Source of the DNA: a virus
Virus genome (UHGV): UHGV-0279810
Strand: one strand, 5' to 3'
DNA length: 19,836 nucleotides
Below the pieces are notes generated by a model that was given only the letters and a program-made list of their open reading frames with translations, did no database searches and had not been told where the DNA came from. The translations under genes were made by a program, and so were the position numbers. Shown in pieces: positions 1-6,175 of this stretch (position 1 is its first letter; each line of letters begins with the position of its first letter).

Positions 1-150
1 CGAGGCAATTTGCGTAGTTCACGGTAAGCCCCCATTGTCGGCAGGCCAACCGTTTTACATTGCGGAATGCGCCACGTTGACGCCCATGCGGTAACAGCCG
101 CGGCAGTGTCTTTCAGCGGTCTGCCGGTACCGTTATCGAGCTGACCATCC
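1..150 (-). pseudogene. Inverted, diverged partial copy of a P2-type gene A segment (homologous to + strand 413-562); runs off the left window edge
   Basis: Reverse complement of 1-150 aligns base-for-base with 413-562 with about 9 mismatches, mostly at third codon positions. In the gene A reading frame on the + strand there is a TGA at 78-80, so this stretch is not a continuation of the downstream A ORF. Confidence 0.6.
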
Positions 151-179
151 TCAAGGATAATGATTTACAGGTCTACGGT

Positions 180-1310
180 TTGCGAGTCGTCGAGCCACAC
201 CACGACGGAACGCCGCACTGGCATATGATGCTTTTTTGTAATCCACGCCAGCGTAACCAGATTATCGAAATCATGCGTCGCTATGCGCTCAAAGAGGATG
301 GCGACGAAAGAGGAGCCGCGCGAAACCGTTTTCAGGCAAAACATCTTAACCGGGGCGGTGCTGCGGGATATATCGCGAAATACATTTCAAAAAACATCGA
401 CGGCTATGCACTGGATGGTCAGCTCGATAACGACACCGGCAGGCCGCTGAAAGACACTGCAGCGGCTGTTAGCGCATGGGCGTCAACGTGGCGCATCCCG
501 CAATTTAAAACGGTTGGCCTGCCGACAATGGGGGCTTACCGTGAACTACGCAAATTGCCGCGCGGCGTCAGCATTGCTGATGAGTTTGACGAGCGCGTCG
601 AGGCTGCACGCGCCGCCGCAGACAGTGGTGATTTTGCGTTGTATATCAGCGCGCAGGGTGGGGCAAATGTCCCGCGCGATTGTCAGACTGTCAGAGTCGC
701 CCGTATCCCGTCGGATGACGTTAACGAGTACGAGGAAGAAGTCGAGAGAGTGGTCGGCATTTACGCGCCGCATCTCGGCGCGCGTCATATTCATATCACC
801 AGAACGACGGACTGGCGCATTGTGCCGAAAGTTCCGGTCGTTGAGCCTTTGACTTTAAAAAGCGGCATCGCCGCGCCTCGGAGTCCTGTCAATAACTGTG
901 GAAAACTCACCGGTGGTGATACTTCGTTACCGGTTCCCACACCTTCTGAGCACGCCGCAGCAGTGCTTAATCTGGTTGATGACGGTGTTATCGAATGGAG
1001 TGACCCGGAGGTCGTGAGGGCGCTCAGAGGTGCATTAAAACACGGTCGGAGAACGCCAAATCGTCAGCAAAGAAACGGAAGCCCGTTAAAACCACATGAA
1101 ATTGCACCATCGGCCAGACTGGCCCGGTCGGAACGAATGCAAATTACCCGTATCCGCGTTGACCTTGCTCAGAACGGTATCAGGCCGCAGCGATGGGAGC
1201 TTGAGGCGCTGGCGCGTGGCGCGACCGTAAATTATGACGGGAAAAAATTCACGTATCCGGTCGCTGATGAGTGGTTCGGATTTCAAGATGAAGTGTCATT
1301 TTTTATATAA
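180..1310 (+). CDS. A: Replication initiation endonuclease gpA (rolling-circle Rep), 3' portion only; 5' part not contiguous in this window
   Basis: ORF translation has a His-hydrophobic-His motif (PHWHMMLF) followed about 50 residues later by paired tyrosines (GYIAKYISKN), as in HUH rolling-circle initiators. Position immediately upstream of the P2 tin/old slot. Frame is open back to 81 but no ATG/GTG start; the ORF track begins at a TTG. Confidence 0.8.
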   Translation: MRVVEPHHDGTPHWHMMLFCNPRQRNQIIEIMRRYALKEDGDERGAARNRFQAKHLNRGGAAGYIAKYISKNIDGYALDGQLDNDTGRPLKDTAAAVSAWASTWRIPQFKTVGLPTMGAYRELRKLPRGVSIADEFDERVEAARAAADSGDFALYISAQGGANVPRDCQTVRVARIPSDDVNEYEEEVERVVGIYAPHLGARHIHITRTTDWRIVPKVPVVEPLTLKSGIAAPRSPVNNCGKLTGGDTSLPVPTPSEHAAAVLNLVDDGVIEWSDPEVVRALRGALKHGRRTPNRQQRNGSPLKPHEIAPSARLARSERMQITRIRVDLAQNGIRPQRWELEALARGATVNYDGKKFTYPVADEWFGFQDEVSFFI

Positions 1311-1384
1311 AAAACGTTAAAATTCAATGCAATGAAGGCATAGAGGAGGTCGCTTTAATATGTTTTATGTTTAATATTTATTAA

Positions 1385-1413
1385 TTGTTTATTTAATATA
1401 AAAAAATATTATA
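1385..1413 (+). promoter_or_regulatory. Candidate sigma70 promoter for the cargo operon (TTGTTT -N16- TATTAT)
   Basis: TTGTTT at 1385-1390 and TATTAT at 1407-1412 in the AT-rich stretch after the A stop. Many alternative AT-rich hexamers exist nearby, so this is weak. Confidence 0.2.
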
Positions 1414-1449
1414 TATAGGGAGATCAAATACAACGGTTTACTTGTTATG

Positions 1450-1726
1450 ATGCAAACATTGGTTAGTTAGTGAGATACATCGCCATCAATTGGGTAACTT
1501 TACCCGTGGAAAGTTAACGCTTTCTAACATTTACCCCGCGCAACGCCCCTGCCAGCGACAAGAGTCACAGGATCAGGCGGTATGGCGTATGGGTATTCGA
1601 ACCCTTTGGGCGACCAAGGGTTCGTGGAGCAGGGGGCTAGTGCTGTTCAATCTCATCCTTATGAGGGCGAACCATAGTGTTGGAGCAGACATATCGTTTG
1701 CACACTATGGGCATAAGGAGCAAATC
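1450..1726 (+). ncRNA. Candidate structured non-coding RNA / regulatory leader upstream of the HTH-RT module (possible retron msr-msd); boundaries not resolved
   Basis: No ribosome-binding site for the ORF-track reading frame. Hairpins read by eye: CGAACCCTT-N9-AAGGGTTCG (1598-1624) and CCATAGTGT-N21-ACACTATGG (1672-1710). Near-palindrome GGGTAA-CT-TTACCC (1492-1505) and a second TTTACCC at 1530-1536. A retron RT gene normally has its ncRNA directly upstream. Confidence 0.25.
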
Positions 1727-1882
1727 ATGAAGAATGATAAATTAACCAACGAACAGCAGGCGCAGAACAAGTCAAACCTGAAAAAGTGGGCTGGTTATGT
1801 TTGGAAATTAATCAAATGGGGTATTAGACTGTTTGATTTAGCCACTCGAGCACTGGACTACTTTGAAGGGGGTGATGAGTAA
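1727..1882 (+). CDS. Small hypothetical protein (51 aa), first gene of the cargo operon
   Basis: ATG at 1727 preceded by AAGGAG (1715-1720) at good spacing. It is the only part of ORF 1490-1882 with a ribosome-binding site. Product MKNDKLTNEQQAQNKSNLKKWAGYVWKLIKWGIRLFDLATRALDYFEGGDE has a Trp-rich amphipathic segment. Confidence 0.45.
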   Translation: MKNDKLTNEQQAQNKSNLKKWAGYVWKLIKWGIRLFDLATRALDYFEGGDE

Positions 1883-1906
1883 TGCGTCCTCCCTAGTTTC
1901 AATAGC

Positions 1907-2239
1907 ATGGAGTTGCCTATGTTACACAGAGCCCTTCGTTTAATAAGGCAATACCATAAAGAGTCATTGGTTGATTTATCAACATCTTTAGGTATTCCAA
2001 AAGAAAAAATAGTAGAACTCGAAAGTGGGGTTTGGTCGCCTACAATTGATGTTTTACAGCGTTACGCCTCCCATTTCGATATGCCGGTATCTTCTTTAGT
2101 ATTTTTTTCAGAATCGTTAGGTACGCAGGGGCGTTTATCTAAGCGTTTCCGTTTAAATTTAGCTGGTAAAGTATTAGATGTTATTGAGTGGGCGAATAAG
2201 AAAAATGAAAAGACGAATAAAACTCAAAATTTCCACTAA
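1907..2239 (+). CDS. XRE-family helix-turn-helix DNA-binding protein (about 106-110 aa)
   Basis: Translation contains a classic XRE HTH (SLVDLSTSLGIPKEKIVELESG...SPTIDVLQRYASHF). Alternative start ATG at 1919 has a better GGAG upstream. Its 3' end abuts or overlaps the RT gene. Confidence 0.7.
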   Translation: MELPMLHRALRLIRQYHKESLVDLSTSLGIPKEKIVELESGVWSPTIDVLQRYASHFDMPVSSLVFFSESLGTQGRLSKRFRLNLAGKVLDVIEWANKKNEKTNKTQNFH

Positions 2240-3155
2240 AAATAAATCTTACGATATAATTGATTCGCCGTTTTATAAAATGAGAAGTAAAAGGAAATTG
2301 GCTTCTTTATTGGGGGTTGATGTAGGGGATTTATCAACCTTAAAAAAAGATGAAGGCAATTATTCTATTTTTGAACAGTTATCTAAAAACGGAAAGCCAC
2401 GTAAGATACAAAAACCATTAGAAAAATTAGATGTGGTGCATACTCGTATTGCAAGTCTGCTATCGCGAATTACCTTGCCAGATTATCTACATTCTGGAAA
2501 GAAGGGATGTTCTAATGTTACTAATGCTAAAATCCACCTTAATAATGAAAGGTTGATGACAACCGACATCAGGGCTTTTTTTCCATCAACTACTAGAGAA
2601 ATGATATTTTCATTCTTTTTTTCTGTTATGAAGATGTCATCTGATGTTGCGGATGTATTATCGTATATATGTACTTGCTATGGGCGTTTGCCTACAGGTA
2701 GCAGGATTAGTATGCCTCTTGCATATTTTGCAAATTCAAGAATGTTCGGAGAAATACACCAACTTTGTAATAAACTACACGTAAATATGTCTGTTTATGT
2801 TGATGATCTAACTTTTTCAGGACAAAACGTTAATAGACTATTTTGTTCAGTGATTCGCAAAATAATAAATAAGCATGGTCATGTGATGCATGCGGATAAA
2901 ACAAAAATTTATAGTAGAGAAAAGCCTAAGTTGGTAACAGGTGTTATTGTTTTGGGCGGTTCTTTAAAAGTCAGGAATAAGCAGCATCTTTTAATGTCTC
3001 AAGAAATTGAATATTGGAAAATGATAAAGGATGCAGCGTGTGCAAGAGAAACTCATACTGCCAAAAAGTTATTTGGACGATTGCATTCTATGGGGGTAAT
3101 TGAACAACGTTATAGATCAAAGGTGCTTACATTAAAAGCAAGTACTGCACTTTAA
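2178..3155 (+). CDS. Retron-type reverse transcriptase (about 291-325 aa depending on start)
   Basis: RT motifs in the translation: DIRAFFPS (motif 4-like), SVYVDDLTFSG (catalytic YxDD), NAKIH (retron NAxxH motif) and KLVTGVIVLGG (retron VTG motif). Size matches retron RTs of about 300-320 aa. Possible starts at 2178, 2205 or 2280. Confidence 0.85.
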   Translation: MLLSGRIRKMKRRIKLKISTKNKSYDIIDSPFYKMRSKRKLASLLGVDVGDLSTLKKDEGNYSIFEQLSKNGKPRKIQKPLEKLDVVHTRIASLLSRITLPDYLHSGKKGCSNVTNAKIHLNNERLMTTDIRAFFPSTTREMIFSFFFSVMKMSSDVADVLSYICTCYGRLPTGSRISMPLAYFANSRMFGEIHQLCNKLHVNMSVYVDDLTFSGQNVNRLFCSVIRKIINKHGHVMHADKTKIYSREKPKLVTGVIVLGGSLKVRNKQHLLMSQEIEYWKMIKDAACARETHTAKKLFGRLHSMGVIEQRYRSKVLTLKASTAL

Positions 3156-3206
3156 TACAGGTTCCTGTAAGTGATTATATTGTTCTTAAGATACTTACTG
3201 ATGTTA

Positions 3207-3236
3207 TTTCCCCGTAGCCTTAATTTCTGCGGGGAA
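3207..3236. terminator. Hairpin between convergent RT and FRG genes (possible bidirectional terminator)
   Basis: TTTCCCCGTAG (3207-3217) pairs with CTGCGGGGAA (3227-3236) around a 9-nt loop; a T-rich run follows on the + strand only. Confidence 0.3.
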
Positions 3237-3263
3237 GTATGGAGATATTTTGGTTATGGAATG

Positions 3264-4628
3264 CTAATTTTTTAATGTGTATTTTTCTGTGATTAGTTTC
3301 ATTGTTCTTTCCAATCCTAAATATACAGTGGCATCAGTAATATTGAGCACGGCAAGTTCTTTTAAAATTTTCTTTTTGTCTCTGATGTTTATTTTTTCTG
3401 TCTTAAAGTTGTATGGTGAATTATCTGCCTGATCGTTGGATATCTCAGGAAAAACGGCGTTATTACCGAATAATAAAAAGGCACCGGATTGAGATGATAT
3501 TCTTTCATTATTTATCCTGCTTTTTACAAAAATTATCTTTTCCAAATCATCTGGATTTATTATGCTTTGAAAATATGGTTTTTCATGCTTTATGGATTCT
3601 AAGAGTTTAAGGCAAGCATGAGAGTTGTTAAAATCATTATTTCTTTCTTCGAAAGAAAGCTTGTCTTTCATGTCTTTTGATAGCATGCATAAATTAGATA
3701 TGCAACTGACAGTGTCGGAATCGAAAAATTTAATGTTCTCTCTGTGTGTTTTAAATATTATTACTTGACCATCGATATCGTTTTTGTCGGAATTTATACT
3801 ACTGCATGCAAAATAAAGTGCAATTAATGGATTTGATGTGATGTCAAGTAAGCGAGTAGGTATGCCATAATGTTGCATTCTTACAAGTTTATCAAGCATT
3901 GATGTATCATCAATGAATTCTGAGGGTCTTGCGCTCAATGCTTCTTTAACAAGGTTGATTTCATTATGTAGAAATTTATAGTTCCCATTTTCATATTTTC
4001 TGAAAAGAGATGGTGCAAGTTCATAAGATGAATCTGAATGACCCCTGTAAAAAATCTCCTCATCCATATCTGCTGTTATATGGAGAACTTTTTCAATAAA
4101 TTCTTGTAAACTATTTACGGTTAATAATGTGCTATCTTCGTCTGGGAGAGGCGCTGGACTGCTATCCACTTGTGCATTTTGGTTAATACCAAATGTCTTA
4201 AGGATATCATCTATATTTTTGTCTTTTATGGCCCAGTGTGTTCTTTTAAGGCCATAAGTTCCGAGTTCTAAACTGCTTTCAACACTTTTGGCGTCTGATA
4301 TTTTGATTTCATTGTGTGTATGGGTGATTGCAAATTGGAAGTTGATTTCTTTTCCCTTAATGTGAATATTTGAAATTCTTCCAATTCGTATGTCGACATA
4401 ATAAGGTTTTGCTCCCTCTATTTGATAAGCTTCACTCATGAATATTGTTGGGAGTTTTTCAAGATAAGATAGTACATTGCTGCTTAATGGGGATAGTTTT
4501 TTGCGAATACCATCGGAGGTGTTTTCAAACATTCGTGATAAAAGAAATGAGAATTCTCCATTATTTTGGCTGAATGGTTTCCAGTGGTCGTAGTGGTCGG
4601 GAAAACCACCCATAATTAAATTAATCAT
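3264..4628 (-). CDS. FRG-domain protein (454 aa), candidate defence protein; N- and C-terminal regions of unknown function
   Basis: Central region carries the FRG-domain signature: FYRGHSDSSYELAPSLFR ... MQHYGIPTRLLDITSNPLIALYFA. AT-rich, lies in the P2 tin/old slot, convergent to the RT operon. Start ATG at 4628 with a weak AGGT ribosome-binding site. Confidence 0.65.
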   Translation of the reverse strand: MINLIMGGFPDHYDHWKPFSQNNGEFSFLLSRMFENTSDGIRKKLSPLSSNVLSYLEKLPTIFMSEAYQIEGAKPYYVDIRIGRISNIHIKGKEINFQFAITHTHNEIKISDAKSVESSLELGTYGLKRTHWAIKDKNIDDILKTFGINQNAQVDSSPAPLPDEDSTLLTVNSLQEFIEKVLHITADMDEEIFYRGHSDSSYELAPSLFRKYENGNYKFLHNEINLVKEALSARPSEFIDDTSMLDKLVRMQHYGIPTRLLDITSNPLIALYFACSSINSDKNDIDGQVIIFKTHRENIKFFDSDTVSCISNLCMLSKDMKDKLSFEERNNDFNNSHACLKLLESIKHEKPYFQSIINPDDLEKIIFVKSRINNERISSQSGAFLLFGNNAVFPEISNDQADNSPYNFKTEKINIRDKKKILKELAVLNITDATVYLGLERTMKLITEKYTLKN

Positions 4629-4911
4629 AATTACCTGTTCATCTGATGTAGGTGTAGGAATGCTTGTTGTTTGTTATGGTAATGTTAACGCTTGTTGGTG
4701 GCAACTACTATTACTACTTGCTGTTAGAGCTAAGACATTTTTTGATTGCTTGTAATGATAGCGAGCCTTTAACTAACTGGGATTTTGAAAAAATAAATGA
4801 ATTGTCAATTTCCTGAGATTTTTATTACTGCATTCATTAAGTGCATTTTTTTGCGTGTGTTAGTTGCCATGCTTTTCCATGTTTGTTACCAGTGTTGATG
4901 CGGTTACTGTG

Positions 4912-4933
4912 TTTTAATGCAATTGCATTAAAA
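4912..4933. repeat. 22-bp perfect palindrome TTTTAATGCAATTGCATTAAAA about 20 bp left of cos
   Basis: Exact self-complementary sequence read directly; candidate protein-binding site or hairpin. Confidence 0.6.
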
Positions 4934-4952
4934 GCGCCCTATGAAGCGGGCG

Positions 4953-4971
4953 GGCGAGGCGGGGAAAGCAC
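4953..4971. other. cos: P2-type cohesive end site (cos), 19-nt GGCGAGGCGGGGAAAGCAC
   Basis: Matches the 19-nt cohesive-end sequence of phage P2 as I recall it, and sits at the expected place between the tin/old slot and gene Q. Confidence 0.7.
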
Positions 4972-5113
4972 TGCGCGCTGGCGGTGGTGCGGATTTTATT
5001 TTTTCAGCGTCTGAGCGCGTCGTGAAGGCGTTTACTTGGCCTGCTAGGGCGTTGGTGTGTCTGCGGGGTGTTTTGTGCGGTGGTGAGCGTGTGAGGGCGT
5101 GATGACGGGGTGT

Positions 5114-5135
5114 AAAAAAGCCGCCCGCAGGCGGC
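5114..5135 (-). terminator. Rho-independent terminator after Q (minus strand)
   Basis: GCCGCC-CGCA-GGCGGC hairpin (5120-5135) followed on the minus strand by TTTTTT (complement of 5114-5119), just downstream of the Q stop. Confidence 0.55.
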
Positions 5136-5140
5136 GATGT

Positions 5141-6175
5141 TCAGCCGTTGTCAGTGTCCAGTGAGTAGTTTTTAAAGCGGATGACCTCCTGGCCGAGCCA
5201 GCCGTTTATTTCCCGAATCCTGTCCTGTAACGGGATTAGCTCATTGCGGACAAAGACCTTTGCCACTTTCTCAATATCACCCAGTGACCCGACGTTCTCC
5301 GGCTTGCCACCCATCAACTGAAAGGGGATGCGGTGTGCGTCCAGCAGGTCAGCGGCGCTGGCTTTTTTGATATTAAAAAAATCGTCCTTCGTCGCCACTT
5401 CACTGAGCGGGATAATTTTAATGCCGTCGGCTTTCCCCTGCGGGGCATAGAGAAACAGGTTTTTAAAGTTGTTGCGGCCTTTCGACTTCACCATGTTTTC
5501 GCGAAGCATTTCGATATCGTTGCGATCCTGCACGGCATCGGTGACGTACATGATGTATCCGGCATGTGCGCCATTTTCGTAATACTTGCGGCGGAACAGC
5601 GTGGCCGACTCATTCAGCCAGGCAGAGTTAAGGGCGCTGAGATATTCCGGCAGGCCGTACAGCTCCTGATTAATATCCGGCTCCAGCAGGTGAAACACGG
5701 AGCCGGGCGCGAAGGCTGTCGGCTCGTTGAAGGACGGCACCCACCAGTAAACATCCTCCTCCACGCCACGGCGGGTATATTTTGCCGGTGAGGTTTCCAG
5801 TCTGATGACCTTACCGGTGGTGCTGTAACGCTTTTCCAGAAACGCATTACCGAACACCAGAAAATCCAGCACAAAGCGGCTGAAATCCTGCTGGGAAAGC
5901 CACGGGTGCGGGATAAACGTTGAAGCCAGAATATTACGTTTGACGTAAATCGGTGAGCTGTGATGCACGGCAGCACGCAGGCTTTTTGCCAGACCGGTAA
6001 AGCTGACCGGCGGCTCATACCATCTGCCGTTACTGATACATTCGACGTAATCCAGAATGTCACGGCGGTCGAGCACCGGCACCGGCTCACCAAAGGTGAA
6101 TGCCTCCATTTTCGGGGCGCTGGCGGTCATTTTTTTTGCCGCAGGTTGCGGTGTTTTCCCTTTTTTCTTGCTCAT
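5141..6175 (-). CDS. Q: Portal protein gpQ
   Basis: 344-aa product with Lys-rich N-terminus MSKKKGKTPQPAAKK; P2 order cos-Q-P on the minus strand; ATGA start/stop overlap with P. Confidence 0.9.
   Translation of the reverse strand: MSKKKGKTPQPAAKKMTASAPKMEAFTFGEPVPVLDRRDILDYVECISNGRWYEPPVSFTGLAKSLRAAVHHSSPIYVKRNILASTFIPHPWLSQQDFSRFVLDFLVFGNAFLEKRYSTTGKVIRLETSPAKYTRRGVEEDVYWWVPSFNEPTAFAPGSVFHLLEPDINQELYGLPEYLSALNSAWLNESATLFRRKYYENGAHAGYIMYVTDAVQDRNDIEMLRENMVKSKGRNNFKNLFLYAPQGKADGIKIIPLSEVATKDDFFNIKKASAADLLDAHRIPFQLMGGKPENVGSLGDIEKVAKVFVRNELIPLQDRIREINGWLGQEVIRFKNYSLDTDNG

Noticed and set aside
514-1286. Alternative-frame and antisense ORFs inside gene A (514-852 +, 546-794 -, 1086-1286 -)
   Set aside because: Fully nested in a well-supported gene; low-complexity Arg/Ser-rich translations with no start context.
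1590-1640. tRNA-like GGTTCG element (possible tRNA or att remnant)
   Set aside because: No complementary T-arm stem or acceptor-stem pairing could be built by eye; more simply explained as part of a hairpin.
1490-1726. N-terminal 79 codons of ORF-track frame 1490-1882
   Set aside because: No ribosome-binding site, the region is dominated by hairpins and repeats, and a strong AAGGAG-ATG start occurs only at 1727; treated as a non-coding leader.
3264-4628. Minus-strand cargo gene as a tin or old homologue
   Set aside because: No Walker A/B ATPase or TOPRIM motifs, and the size and sequence do not fit either; the FRG-type signature is present instead.
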